Position numbers and translations under genes: made by a program
Shown: one piece after another, positions 34,335 through 44,022 of the stretch
Numbering within the stretch: the first letter of the stretch is position 1
Layout of the letters: every line of letters begins with the position of its first letter
NCBI GenBank assembly: GCA_902489965.1
Contig: CABUCA010000001.1
Span: 3,823-67,822, forward strand
Length of the DNA: 64,000 bases
Source of the DNA: an uncultured Collinsella sp.
GTDB lineage: Bacteria; Actinomycetota; Coriobacteriia; Coriobacteriales; Coriobacteriaceae
Direction of reading: 5' to 3'
Notes under the pieces: generated by a model
Databases searched by the model: none
What the model saw: the letters and a program-made list of their open reading frames with translations, nothing else
What the model was told of the DNA's origin: nothing

Positions 34335-36242
34335 TTACTGCTGCTTGGGCATCAGCGGGTTCTCGCGCGTGAGGAGATTCATGAACTCCTCGCCCGTGAT
34401 CGTCTCCTTCTTGTACAGATAACGAGCCAGCTCGTGGAGCTTGAACTTGTTTTCCTTGAGGATCTGCAGGGCGCGGTCGTGCGCATCCTCAATCAACTTG
34501 GCGACAATTGCGTCCACACGCTCGGCCGTACCGGGGGCGCAGGTGAGCGACGTATCCTGGTTGAGGTACGCATTCTGGACGGTACCGAGCGCCATCATGC
34601 CAAACTCGTCGGACATACCAAAGCGCGTCACCATGTTGCGGGCGAGCTTGGTGGCCTGCTCGATATCGTTGGCGGCACCGGTCGTCATCTCGCCAAAGAT
34701 GAGCTCCTCGGCCGCGCGACCACCGCAGTAGACGGCGAGCTTGTCCAGGACCTCCTGGCGCGTGGTCAGGAAGCGCTCGTCCTCCTCGACCTGCATGGTG
34801 TAGCCCAGGGCACCGCTCGTGCGCGGAACGATGGTGATCTTCGTGACCGGCGCAGAGCCCTTCTGGCGAGCGGCAACAATGGCATGGCCGATCTCATGGT
34901 AGGAAACGACCTGCTTCTCGTGGTCGGAAAGCACCGTGGACTTACGCTGTTGGCCGGCAATGACGACCTCCACCGACTCCTCGAAGTCGTCCTGGGTTGC
35001 ACGCTTGCGACCTTCGCGAACGGCGCGCAGGGCGCCCTCGTTGATGATATTGGCCAAATCGGCGCCCGAGGCACCAGGCGTGGCGCGGGCAATCGCGGTC
35101 AGATCGATCGGCGGCTGGGTCTTCACGCTCTTGGCGTGCAGCTCAAGGATATTCTTGCGACCGGTCAAATCGGGCAGCTCGACGGGAATGCGGCGGTCAA
35201 AGCGACCGGGACGCAACAGAGCCGGGTCAAGGCTGTCGGGGCGGTTGGTGGCAGCAAGGACGACGATGCCCTTGTGGTTATCGAAGCCGTCCATCTCGGT
35301 CAGCAACTGATTGAGCGTCTGCTCGCGCTCGTCGTTGCCGCTAAAGCCGCCGCCATCACGCTTTTTGCCGATGGTATCGATCTCGTCGATAAACACAATG
35401 CACGGGGCCTTTTCCTTGGCCTGCTTAAACAGGTCACGAACCTTAGCAGCGCCGCGACCAACAAACATCTCAACGAACTCAGAGCCCGAAATGCTAAAGA
35501 ACGGAACACCGGCCTCGCCGGCAACAGCCTTGGCAAGCAGGGTCTTACCGGTACCCGGAGGGCCAACAAGGAGAGCACCGCGCGGCAGCTTGGCGCCGAT
35601 CTCCTCGTAGCGCTGCGGCTTCTCCAGAAAGTCGACGACCTCCTTGAGAGATTCCTTGGCCTCTTCCTGGCCGGCGACGTCCTTAAAGGTCACGCCCACG
35701 TCCTTGGAGGCGATCACGCGCGCGCCGGACTTACCCAGTCCGCCGCCGCCAAAACCGCCGCCGCCAAAGTTCATCGACGGGCCGTCATCGCCCATAGCCT
35801 TCTTCATGCGGCGGTTGAGCCACCAACCGATGAGGAAGAAAATCGCCATGGGAAGAATGAGTGTGAGCAGGTAGTAGGTCATCAAACCCGAGTTCTTATC
35901 GGGAACGACCGACTCCAGCGAAGCGCCAGACTCAAGCACGCGATCGGTAAAGCCCGCATCGTTCGGCACACCGGTCGTCTTATAGGCGATGTTCTCGTCC
36001 TCGCCCTTCTTGGTGTAATAAATCGTATAGTCGTCGGTGTTGTACTCGACCTTTTCGACGCTCTTCTTGTCGAGCGCTTTGACAAACGTCGAGTAATCGG
36101 TCTCCGTAATCTGCTGCGTGTGACCGATGTTGGGGAACAGAACGGTCGAGAGCACGAGGTAGACGACGAAGGCGATGAGCACGTAGAGGATCATATTCCG
36201 TCTACGTTTGTTGTCATCCATCTCCATCTGCTTGAACTCCAT
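34335..36242 (-). CDS. ftsH: ATP-dependent zinc metalloprotease FtsH
   Basis: Two N-terminal TM helices, AAA module ([13 protein letters not shown], second region of homology), HEIGH zinc motif. Confidence 0.95.
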   Translation of the reverse strand: MEFKQMEMDDNKRRRNMILYVLIAFVVYLVLSTVLFPNIGHTQQITETDYSTFVKALDKKSVEKVEYNTDDYTIYYTKKGEDENIAYKTTGVPNDAGFTDRVLESGASLESVVPDKNSGLMTYYLLTLILPMAIFFLIGWWLNRRMKKAMGDDGPSMNFGGGGFGGGGLGKSGARVIASKDVGVTFKDVAGQEEAKESLKEVVDFLEKPQRYEEIGAKLPRGALLVGPPGTGKTLLAKAVAGEAGVPFFSISGSEFVEMFVGRGAAKVRDLFKQAKEKAPCIVFIDEIDTIGKKRDGGGFSGNDEREQTLNQLLTEMDGFDNHKGIVVLAATNRPDSLDPALLRPGRFDRRIPVELPDLTGRKNILELHAKSVKTQPPIDLTAIARATPGASGADLANIINEGALRAVREGRKRATQDDFEESVEVVIAGQQRKSTVLSDHEKQVVSYHEIGHAIVAARQKGSAPVTKITIVPRTSGALGYTMQVEEDERFLTTRQEVLDKLAVYCGGRAAEELIFGEMTTGAANDIEQATKLARNMVTRFGMSDEFGMMALGTVQNAYLNQDTSLTCAPGTAERVDAIVAKLIEDAHDRALQILKENKFKLHELARYLYKKETITGEEFMNLLTRENPLMPKQQ

Positions 36243-36319
36243 CTACTGGGGTTGATAATGCTTTCTAGAATACCCAACCCGGACGGCGATAAACCGACGC
36301 CGGGCACGAAAGGACAGAG

Positions 36320-36567
36320 ATGGCATCACTGTAAGTCGGCAAGGTTCAAATCTATACAGGCGACGGCAAGGGCAAGACGACGGCTGCTTTGGGGCGCGAG
36401 AGGATGTCGAGGAACTGATTGCGATAAAGCCCGCCACCACGGAGCTCGTGCTCCCCGGCCGCGGCTTGCTACCCCTCGCCGACCTTGCCGACCTAGTAAC
36501 CGAAATGCGCCCCGTCAAACACTACTTCGACGAAGGCCTCCTAGCCCGTCAAGGCATCGAATACTAA
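36320..36567 (+). pseudogene. cobO: Decayed cob(I)yrinic acid a,c-diamide adenosyltransferase (CobO/BtuR) remnant
   Basis: Frame 1 reads ATG-A-S-L-TAA then VGKVQIYTGDGKGKTTAALG (P-loop N-terminus), stopping at 36416. A shifted frame reads VEELIAIKPATTELVLPGRGLLPLADLADLVTEMRPVKHYFDEGLLARQGIEY* (typical CobO C-terminus). The middle roughly 100 aa is missing. Confidence 0.75.
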
Positions 36568-36604
36568 TTGATTCGTTTTCCGCCAACACCTACAGCTCAT
36601 AAGG

Positions 36605-36673
36605 AAGTTGCGGTGGAATAGAACTTGTTTGACGGTCCGCAAGGGCTTTTCAGGAACTATTTCACCGCAACTT
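36605..36673. repeat. Palindromic intergenic element, copy B
   Basis: Arms AAGTTGCGGTGGAATAG (36605..36621) and CTATTTCACCGCAACTT (36657..36673). Same termini as copy A at 2634..2702, with an unrelated loop. Lies 24 nt downstream of the MATE stop. Confidence 0.8.
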
Positions 36674-36696
36674 ATCAGGGGAACCCGACGGATGAG

Positions 36697-38046
36697 CTAG
36701 GCGGTGGCGCGGCCTAGCCAGTTGCCGCTGTGGTGGTAGATGGTGAACATGGTTGCGGTGATGAGCCAGGTTACGGGGTAGACCAGCAGTAGATGCTCGA
36801 GCGACGGATCGAAGGGCATGATCGCAAACACCCAAATCACTCTGAGTACGACGGTGCCAAAGATGGTGAGCATCATAGGCTGCAGACTCACGCCGGCGCC
36901 GCGGATGGAACCCGAGGCGTTCTCGATAATCGAGAAAATCGCATAGAACGGCGCAATGAAATGGAGGATGGTCGTGGTGTACGCCGAAATCGAAGCATCG
37001 TCGACAAACAAACGCGACAGCGGGCCCGAAAACACCAGCAGCACGGCAGACAGGCCACCAATGAGCATAAACGACAGCACGAGCGACGTATGGTAGCCCT
37101 TGCGCATGCGCTCGTAGTTGCGCGCGCCAAAGTTCTGCGCCGAGAACGTAGTGATCGATACGCCGAGCGCCTCGGTCACCATCCAGATAATGCCATCCAG
37201 GCGCCCAGATAGACCCCAAGCAGTCGTGACATCGGCGCCAAACGAATTAACCGACACCTGGATCAGCACGTTCGAGATCGAATAGGCAGCCGATTGAAAA
37301 CCGAGTGGCAGACCACACGAGATCATACTCTTGCAAATACCGCGATCGATACCGAGCTTAGACAGCGAAAGACGCCATGCACCCGTAGCGCGCATCATGC
37401 GCAACACGATCATCGTTGCATTGGAGCAAATGGTCAGCGCCACTGCGATGCCGCAGCCCAGCGCCTCCATATGCAACACAGCGACAAAGATGATATCCAG
37501 CACCACGTTAACAAGGCAGCCAGAGGCAATGATCACGGCGGGCCCGCGCGTGTCGCCCACGGCACGCAGCAGTGCGGTTCCCATATTAAGCAGCAGTGCC
37601 GCAACCATCGCGGCAAAATAACAGCGAGCATAGGCCACGCCCTCGGCCAATAGTTCATGCGGCGTGTTCATAAGCACCAGCATGGGCTCAACGAACACTA
37701 TGCCAAGAATCGAGAAAGCGATACCGCCCACCAGCGCGAGCGTCATGGCTGTATGGACCGAACGACTCAGTCGCTCATCATCGTGCTGGCCAAAATACTG
37801 ACCGGTAATGACCGCGCAGCCGGCGCCGACGCCAACGCAAAAGCCAATGCAGAGCTCGGTGAGCACCATCGTGGCTTGAATGCCACCCAGCGCGAGCTTG
37901 CCGCCAAACTGGCCAACGATATACGTACCGATAAGCGTGTAGGCCTGCTGAAAAAACGAACTAAAAAAGATGGGAACGCACAGCGACAGCAGCTGTTGCC
38001 AAATGACACCCTGCGTTACATCGATAGCCGTAGATTTCTTAGCCAC
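36697..38046 (-). CDS. MATE-family efflux transporter
   Basis: 12-TM MatE duplication pattern. GTG at 38046 (VAKKSTAID) preceded by GGGGAGG is preferred over the ATG at 38079. Confidence 0.88.
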   Translation of the reverse strand: MAKKSTAIDVTQGVIWQQLLSLCVPIFFSSFFQQAYTLIGTYIVGQFGGKLALGGIQATMVLTELCIGFCVGVGAGCAVITGQYFGQHDDERLSRSVHTAMTLALVGGIAFSILGIVFVEPMLVLMNTPHELLAEGVAYARCYFAAMVAALLLNMGTALLRAVGDTRGPAVIIASGCLVNVVLDIIFVAVLHMEALGCGIAVALTICSNATMIVLRMMRATGAWRLSLSKLGIDRGICKSMISCGLPLGFQSAAYSISNVLIQVSVNSFGADVTTAWGLSGRLDGIIWMVTEALGVSITTFSAQNFGARNYERMRKGYHTSLVLSFMLIGGLSAVLLVFSGPLSRLFVDDASISAYTTTILHFIAPFYAIFSIIENASGSIRGAGVSLQPMMLTIFGTVVLRVIWVFAIMPFDPSLEHLLLVYPVTWLITATMFTIYHHSGNWLGRATA

Positions 38047-38170
38047 ACGCCCTCCCCGCCAGCATACGTCAAACAACATAACGGCAATTTAAGACCAAAG
38101 CCAATACTAGCTTAGCACCGACTGGCGGCGACCGAAACACCCCGAATTAGAGCGCGGTGCGGAAAACTGC

Positions 38171-39085
38171 CTAGTGATACAAACCCGGCTGGTAGTGATA
38201 CTCATTGCTCACGTGCGGGCACAGCTGCCAAAAGGCGACGGCGCTCGCCGCGGCAACGTTAAGCGAATCGACCCCGTGCGCCATCGGAATGCGCACCGCG
38301 TGGTCACAGCCGGCAATGGTCTTGGCGCCCAAGCCGGCACCCTCGGTACCCATAAAAAGCGCCAAGCGATCAATCTTCTGCAGCACGGGATCGTCCAGCG
38401 ATACGGAATCGTCCGTCAACGCCATAGCGGCACACGAAAAGCCGGCATCGTGCAACGCGCTCAGACCATCATGCGGCCACACACGAGCCTCGCTGCCAAT
38501 GCGCGTCCACGGCACCTGAAACACGGTGCCCATGCTCACCCGGGCCGAGCGACGGTACAGCGGGTCGCAGCACGTCGGGCTGACCAAAATACCGTCAACG
38601 TTCAATGCGGCAGCCGAGCGGAAAATCGCGCCAACATTGGTGTGATCGACAATACCCTCAAGCACGCACACGCGCACCGGACGATCCCCCACCGCCTCGA
38701 CGACGCCGCCCAAGAACTCATCAACCGGAATCTGACGCGGGCGACGGAACGCCGCCAGCGCGCCGCGCGTCACGTTAAAGCCCGTCAACTGCTCCATGAG
38801 CTCCATGGAGGCCACGAACACGGGAACCGGACCCGCTCCCTCGCGCACGACAAGCTGGTCAAACAGCGGCATCATCTGACCGAGCCAGCGCTCGCCCAAA
38901 AGAAAGCTCACCGGCTCATATCCGGCGCGAACCGCACGCTCGATGACCTTGGCACTCTCAGCGATAAAAATGCCCTTCTGCGGCTCCAGCACGCAGCGAA
39001 GCTCACGCTCGGTCAGTCGCACATAGGCATCGAGCCGCTCGTCCTCGAGCGAATCAATTCGCAGAACTTCAACGGCATCAGTCAT
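38171..39085 (-). CDS. TrmH/SpoU-family RNA 2'-O-methyltransferase
   Basis: SpoU substrate-binding N-terminal domain plus SPOUT motifs (NVGAIFRSA, LFMGTEGAGL, IPMAHGVDSLNVA). Confidence 0.88.
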   Translation of the reverse strand: MTDAVEVLRIDSLEDERLDAYVRLTERELRCVLEPQKGIFIAESAKVIERAVRAGYEPVSFLLGERWLGQMMPLFDQLVVREGAGPVPVFVASMELMEQLTGFNVTRGALAAFRRPRQIPVDEFLGGVVEAVGDRPVRVCVLEGIVDHTNVGAIFRSAAALNVDGILVSPTCCDPLYRRSARVSMGTVFQVPWTRIGSEARVWPHDGLSALHDAGFSCAAMALTDDSVSLDDPVLQKIDRLALFMGTEGAGLGAKTIAGCDHAVRIPMAHGVDSLNVAAASAVAFWQLCPHVSNEYHYQPGLYH

Positions 39086-39194
39086 AGCAGCCAGCCCGCA
39101 CCCTTCTTTACAGCACATCTATACCAAACGAGGCGACGCTAAGCGCCGCCCCATGCATTCAATCAACCCGATGATACCGTTCACGCCAGACGAT

Positions 39195-39713
39195 TTACGC
39201 CTCAACGCGATGATACGTCACGAACTCATAATCGACGCCCTCGTCACCCTCACCGGCGGCAATCGTCGCGACCCCGCTACGCTGCGCAATCTCCCACGCG
39301 GGATCGGCGTCCAAGTCGGGAAAGTACGTGTCCACGACATGCACGCAGTGGTTATGAGTGACCTCGGCCTCCACGCAGTACGGCAAAAACTGCCGATAGA
39401 CATCGCCGCCACCGATCACCCAGGCAACGGGCTCATCGGCAACCGCAGCGAGCGCTTCGTCAACGCTATGCACCACGTCGACGCCCTCGCGGGTAAAGCC
39501 TATATCGCGCGTAAGCACGATATTGCGGCGGTTCTTGAGAGGACGCCCGCCGGGAAAACTCAGCAGCGTCTTGCGTCCCATGATAACCGGGCAGCCCTTG
39601 GTGCAGGCCACAAAATGGCGCATATCGGCGCGATTGGACACCACCATATCGCCCTCGCAGCCAATACCCCAGTCGTCACACACGGCGACGATGGCAGAAA
39701 GCTTACACGTCAT
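39195..39713 (-). CDS. folA: Dihydrofolate reductase
   Basis: IVAV..WGIG, VIMGRKT..S and PLKNRRNIVLT motifs. Alternative GTG start at 39722, abutting the thyA stop. Confidence 0.9.
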   Translation of the reverse strand: MTCKLSAIVAVCDDWGIGCEGDMVVSNRADMRHFVACTKGCPVIMGRKTLLSFPGGRPLKNRRNIVLTRDIGFTREGVDVVHSVDEALAAVADEPVAWVIGGGDVYRQFLPYCVEAEVTHNHCVHVVDTYFPDLDADPAWEIAQRSGVATIAAGEGDEGVDYEFVTYHRVEA

Positions 39714-39722
39714 GCGCGTCAC

Positions 39723-40571
39723 CTACACTGCAATGGGGATGTTCTTGACCTGAGGGCCGTGCTCATAGCCCTCCACGATCAGGTCGTCGGTCGTAAACGC
39801 ATAGAAATCGTGCACATCGGGGTTGAGCGTTACCTTGGGTGCCGCAAACTGCGGACGCTCGATAAGCTCGCGGACGATATCGACATGACGATCATAGATA
39901 TGGGCGTCGGCGATCACGTGCAGCAGCTCACCGGGAATCATATCGACCGACTGCGCGACCATCATCAGCAAAATGGCGTACTGGCACACGTTCCAGTTGT
40001 TCGCGGCTAAAATGTCCTGGCTGCGCTGGTTGAGAATCATGTTGAGCGTCGGCTTGTCGTCCTGAGGACGCTGCGTCACGTTATAGGTCACGCTATAAGC
40101 GCATGGATAAAGGTGCATCTCGGACAGATCGCTAAACACGTACGTATTGGTCATAATGCGGCGACTATACGGCGTGTGCTTAAGGTCGTACAGTACACGG
40201 TCCATCTGGTCGAAGTCGCCCTCGGCGTAATGGCTCTTCTGACCAATCTGATAGCCGTAGGCTTTACCGATGGAACCGGTCTCATCGGCCCACTCATCCC
40301 AGATATGGCTGTTGAGGTCATGCACGTTATTGGACTTCTTTTGATAGATCCACAGAATCTCGTCCATGGCAGACTTAAGCGCCGTACGGCGCAGGGTGAG
40401 CGCGGGGAACTCCTCGCGCAGATCATAGCGCGCCGTGACACCAAAGTTTTTAATGGTATAGGCAGGGGTGCCGTCCTCCCACACCGGGCGGACCTTTTGG
40501 CCCTCGGTGGTGGTGCCATGGTCCAAGATATCGCGGCACATGGTTACAAACTGTTGATCAGCTTTGCTCAT
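39723..40571 (-). CDS. thyA: Thymidylate synthase (Bacillus ThyA-type subclass)
   Basis: Colinear with B. subtilis ThyA from memory (EILWIYQKKSNNVHDL, SRR, catalytic Cys in LYPCAYS, C-terminal ...IPIAV). Start at the ATG at 40571, preceded by GGAGG. The 105-aa upstream extension in the track is rejected. Confidence 0.9.
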   Translation of the reverse strand: MSKADQQFVTMCRDILDHGTTTEGQKVRPVWEDGTPAYTIKNFGVTARYDLREEFPALTLRRTALKSAMDEILWIYQKKSNNVHDLNSHIWDEWADETGSIGKAYGYQIGQKSHYAEGDFDQMDRVLYDLKHTPYSRRIMTNTYVFSDLSEMHLYPCAYSVTYNVTQRPQDDKPTLNMILNQRSQDILAANNWNVCQYAILLMMVAQSVDMIPGELLHVIADAHIYDRHVDIVRELIERPQFAAPKVTLNPDVHDFYAFTTDDLIVEGYEHGPQVKNIPIAV

Positions 40572-40654
40572 TGACCCTCCTGTCAGTCGCCTACAAGCGA
40601 GATTCATTGTAGCCCAGGCGCACGCGGCCCCACAGCCCAAACATAAGCCCTCAT

Positions 40655-40674
40655 TTTCTGACATATGCCAGAAA
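40655..40674. promoter_or_regulatory. Palindromic operator-like site 1 (TTTCTGACATATGCCAGAAA)
   Basis: 20-bp dyad with 9/10 symmetric half-sites, in the thyA / DUF134-NifX divergent intergenic region. Confidence 0.45.
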
Positions 40675-40709
40675 TTCCTTGCGCAAATCCGCACGTTCGC
40701 TATTCTATT

Positions 40710-40725
40710 ATTGACATATGTCAGA
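40710..40725. promoter_or_regulatory. Palindromic operator-like site 2 (ATTGACATATGTCAGA)
   Basis: Perfect 12-bp palindrome TGACATATGTCA (40712..40723). Same core as site 1. Centres are 53 bp apart. Ends 13 nt before the DUF134-NifX start codon. Confidence 0.45.
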
Positions 40726-40737
40726 TTTGGAGAGTGT

Positions 40738-41502
40738 ATGGCTGGAAGACGCGAAAAACTGCGCCGCGTTGGGATCATCCCCGAATATCGCGGCTTTACC
40801 CCCGATGGCCTTGCCAGCGGAGACGCTATCGATATGACGGTCGATGAGCTCGAAGTACTGCGCCTGTGCGATCTGGAGGGCCTCAATCAGGAGGCCGTCG
40901 CCCTGCACATGGGCATCGCCCGCGCCACGGTGGCGGCAATCAGCAGTCGCGCGCATCGCAAGGTGGCAAACGCGCTGGTCAACGGACGAGCGCTCGTCAT
41001 CGAGGGCGGCAATATCGCGTACTCCCCCATCGCCACGACGACGGCCGCATGGCCAGCAAAGGAGGTCGGCACCATGAGGGTGGCAACGACGTACGACAAC
41101 GGCAACATCTTTATGCACTTTGGCCGCAGCGAGCAGTTCAAGATCTACGACATCCAGGATGGCAAGGTGCTCAACGAGCAGGTCGTAGGCACCGGCGGCA
41201 CCGGCCACGGCGCCTTGGCGGGCCTGCTTGCCAACGGTGGCGTTGACACGCTCATTTGCGGCGGTATCGGCGGCGGCGCTATCAACGCGCTTGCCCAAGC
41301 CGGCATCACGGTCTATGCGGGCGCCCAGGGCAGCTGCGATGCCTGCGTCGAGGCCCTCATTGCCGGCACGCTCGCACAGAACGGCGAGGCCACCTGCGAC
41401 TGCCATGGACATGATCACGAGCACATCCACGAGCATGGCGAGTCCTGCGGCTGCCACGGTCACCACGACCATGACGGGCACGAAGGCTGCGGATGCCACT
41501 AG
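40738..41502 (+). CDS. DUF134 (UPF0251) HTH domain fused to a NifX/NifB-like (Nitro_FeMo-Co) domain, with a His/Cys-rich C-terminal tail
   Basis: N-terminus matches the DUF134 pattern (TVDELEVLRLCDLEGLNQEAVALHMGIARATV...KVANALVNGRALVIEGG). Middle matches NifX/NifB-C (MRVATTYDNGNIFMHFGRSEQFKIYD...GVDTLICGGIGGGAINAL..GI). Last 35 aa are CDCHGHDHEHIHEHGESCGCHGHHDHDGHEGCGCH. GGAGAG RBS. Confidence 0.85.
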   Translation: MAGRREKLRRVGIIPEYRGFTPDGLASGDAIDMTVDELEVLRLCDLEGLNQEAVALHMGIARATVAAISSRAHRKVANALVNGRALVIEGGNIAYSPIATTTAAWPAKEVGTMRVATTYDNGNIFMHFGRSEQFKIYDIQDGKVLNEQVVGTGGTGHGALAGLLANGGVDTLICGGIGGGAINALAQAGITVYAGAQGSCDACVEALIAGTLAQNGEATCDCHGHDHEHIHEHGESCGCHGHHDHDGHEGCGCH

Positions 41503-41558
41503 CGGCAAGCACCTCGTCGAGAACGCGCTTCCACGCGTGCGACAACCAGCGAACAAAC

Positions 41559-41598
41559 GGCGAAGGCCGCCTGGAATACCATCCAGGCGGCCTTCGCC
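41559..41598. terminator. 17-bp hairpin between the convergent DUF134-NifX and ffh genes (terminator-like, no U-tract)
   Basis: ggcgaaggccgcctgga-atacca-tccaggcggccttcgcc. Confidence 0.5.
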
Positions 41599-41618
41599 AT
41601 ACACGACTCAACTAGTCG

Positions 41619-43094
41619 TTACTTCTTGTTGCGCATCTGCGCTTCCATCTGGCGCAGCAGGTCCATATCGGACTTGGGGCCGCCCGTTCCCAGGCCGCCC
41701 ATGCCGCCCAGCCCCATGGCATCCAGACCGGGAATATTGGGCATGCGCATCTTTTTGCCCTTCTTACCCTTCTTGCCCTTCTTGCCGCCGGCCTGCGCCT
41801 GATTGGCCATCGTGCGCATGCGGCCCATCATCTTATTCATCTCGCCCCACTGCTTCATAAGGCTATTGACCTCGGTGGGGGTCACGCCGGCGCCCTTGGC
41901 AATGCGGGCACGGCGCTGACCGTTGATGATGGAGGGGCGAAGACGCTCCTCCTTGGTCATCGACATGATGATGGCCTCGTTCTTATCGAAGATACCTTCG
42001 TCCAGGTTACCACCCATCTGGTTAAGCGCACGCTGGCCACCGGGGAGCATGCCCAGAATGCCCTTCATGCCGCCCATCTTCTTGACGGCCTTCATCTGGT
42101 CGAGCATGTCGTTCATGGTAAAGCCCTCGCGCAGCATGCGCTCGGCGGCCTCGAGCTGCTCGGCGTCGGCCGCCTCCTGGGCCTTCTCGATAATGCCGAC
42201 AACGTCGCCCATACCCAGAATGCGCTTGGCCATACGATCGGGGTAGAACGGCTCCAGCGAATCGGGCTTCTCGCCCATGCTCACAAACTTGATGGGCTTG
42301 CCGGTCACCTGGCGCACGGAAAGCGCGCCGCCGCCACGGGCGTCGCCGTCGAGCTTAGAGATAATCACGCCGTCAAAGTCGGTGCGCTCGGCGAAGGTCG
42401 AGACGACGTTGACGATATCCTGACCGGTCATGGCATCGACGACCATCAGCACCTGATCGGGCTTGACGGCCTTCTTGATGTCCACGGCCTCCTGCATCAT
42501 CTGCTCATCGATCTGAAGACGTCCGGCGGTATCGACGATGACCACGTCACGCAGGTGGTCAACGGCCTCCTGAATGGCGCCCTTGGCGATGTCAACCGGG
42601 TGCTCGCCATCGCCACGGAAGACCGGTACGCCGATCTCGCCACCGAGCGTGGCCAGCTGGTCGGCAGCAGCGGGACGGTAGACGTCGCACGCGGCGAGCA
42701 ACGGCGAGCGGCCCTGCTTCTTGAGCAGGTAGGCCAGCTTTACGGCAGCCGTGGTCTTACCGGAGCCCTGCAGACCCACAAGCATGATGACATTGGGAAT
42801 ACGGTTGCTAAAGACGAGCTTGCTCTCGGTGGAGCCGAGCATCTCGGTAAGCTCGTCGAGCACGATCTTGACGACGTTTTGCGCCGGAGAGAGCGACTCC
42901 ATGACCTCTGCGGTCATGCAGCGCTCCTTGGTCTTGGCGACGAACTCCTTGACGACCTTGAAGTTAACGTCGGCCTCGAGCAGCGCCATGCGAATATCGC
43001 GCATGGCCGAAGTAATATCGGCCTCGGTCAGCTTACCCTTGCCGCGCAGGCGGTCAAATGTGTCGTTGAGGCGATCGCTCAGAGAATCAAACAC
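41619..43094 (-). CDS. ffh: Signal recognition particle protein Ffh
   Basis: N and G domains (GLQGSGKTT, DTAGR), Met-rich M domain, Lys/Gly-rich tail. Confidence 0.95.
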   Translation of the reverse strand: MFDSLSDRLNDTFDRLRGKGKLTEADITSAMRDIRMALLEADVNFKVVKEFVAKTKERCMTAEVMESLSPAQNVVKIVLDELTEMLGSTESKLVFSNRIPNVIMLVGLQGSGKTTAAVKLAYLLKKQGRSPLLAACDVYRPAAADQLATLGGEIGVPVFRGDGEHPVDIAKGAIQEAVDHLRDVVIVDTAGRLQIDEQMMQEAVDIKKAVKPDQVLMVVDAMTGQDIVNVVSTFAERTDFDGVIISKLDGDARGGGALSVRQVTGKPIKFVSMGEKPDSLEPFYPDRMAKRILGMGDVVGIIEKAQEAADAEQLEAAERMLREGFTMNDMLDQMKAVKKMGGMKGILGMLPGGQRALNQMGGNLDEGIFDKNEAIIMSMTKEERLRPSIINGQRRARIAKGAGVTPTEVNSLMKQWGEMNKMMGRMRTMANQAQAGGKKGKKGKKGKKMRMPNIPGLDAMGLGGMGGLGTGGPKSDMDLLRQMEAQMRNKK

Positions 43095-43104
43095 TAGTCA
43101 CTCC

Positions 43105-44022
43105 TTAATTGGACTCGCCCACCAGGGCGCGGCAGAAATCTTTGGCATTGAACTCCTGCAGGTCATCGACCTGCTCGCCCACGCCGATGCGCAGGATCGG
43201 GAGCTTGAGCTTCTCGGCCACGGCCATGGCGATACCGCCCTTAGCCGTGCCGTCGAGCTTTGTCATGATAATACCGTCCAGGCCAAGCGCCTCGTTAAAC
43301 TCGAGCGCCTGGTTGAGGCCGTTTTGGCCCGTTGCGGCATCGATCACGAGCACGACATAGACGGGCATGGGGCCGGCGGCCATATTGGCGGCGCGCTTAC
43401 GGGTCACATTGACCACCTTGGCAAGCTCGCGCATGAGCTCGGAGCTCGTGTGCAGACGACCGGCGGTATCGATAAGCACCAGGTCGCTGCCGCGCTTGTC
43501 GGCCTCGTCGAGCACGTCGTAGCAAACACTTGCCGGATCGGAGCCGCGGTCGCGCTTGATGACGGGAACGCCGGCGCGCTGACCCCACACATCGAGCTGC
43601 TCAATGGCGGCGGCGCGGAAGGTATCGGCAGAACCGATCACGACGTTCTTGCCGCGGGCGGCCATGGCGCTCGCGATCTTGCCGACAGTCGTGGTCTTGC
43701 CGGCGCCGTTGATGCCCACAAAAAGCACGCAACTCGGCGTATCGGCGAACGGATCGCGCTCGATGGGCACAAAGTGCTGCTCGAGCTGCTCGGCCAGGGC
43801 ACGACGGAGCTGCGGGGCGGTCTTGAGGTTCTTCTTGGCCGCGGCATCGCGCAGGTCATCAGAAACCTGGATGGCGACCTCGGCACCCATGTCACCCATG
43901 ACGAGCGTGTCCTCAAGGTCCTCCCAAAAATCTTCGTCAACCTCGCCGCCAAAGTAGAAGACCTCGTTGAGGGCCTCGCGGCTGCGCTCGAGTCCGCGCG
44001 AGAGAGCGTCAAAGAATCCCAT
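43105..44022 (-). CDS. ftsY: SRP receptor FtsY (short form, NG domain only)
   Basis: GINGAGKTTT, DTAGRL, TKLDGTAKGG. Confidence 0.95.
   Translation of the reverse strand: MGFFDALSRGLERSREALNEVFYFGGEVDEDFWEDLEDTLVMGDMGAEVAIQVSDDLRDAAAKKNLKTAPQLRRALAEQLEQHFVPIERDPFADTPSCVLFVGINGAGKTTTVGKIASAMAARGKNVVIGSADTFRAAAIEQLDVWGQRAGVPVIKRDRGSDPASVCYDVLDEADKRGSDLVLIDTAGRLHTSSELMRELAKVVNVTRKRAANMAAGPMPVYVVLVIDAATGQNGLNQALEFNEALGLDGIIMTKLDGTAKGGIAMAVAEKLKLPILRIGVGEQVDDLQEFNAKDFCRALVGESN

Noticed and set aside
36243-36518. 91-aa minus-strand ORF in the ftsH upstream spacer.
   Set aside because: It overlaps the cobO remnant on the opposite strand. The plus strand gives recognisable CobO N- and C-terminal peptides, while this ORF has none and lacks an RBS.
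39723-40886. N-terminally extended ORF-track models: thyA 387 aa, YqeG 240 aa (14304..15026), A24 peptidase 218 aa (25428..26084), coaD 211 aa (51137..51772), acpP 159 aa (48298..48777), ileS 968 aa and alaS 915 aa.
   Set aside because: The extensions are Arg/Pro/Ser-rich, overlap upstream genes or leaders, and precede internal start codons that have good RBSs and align with the canonical protein N-termini.
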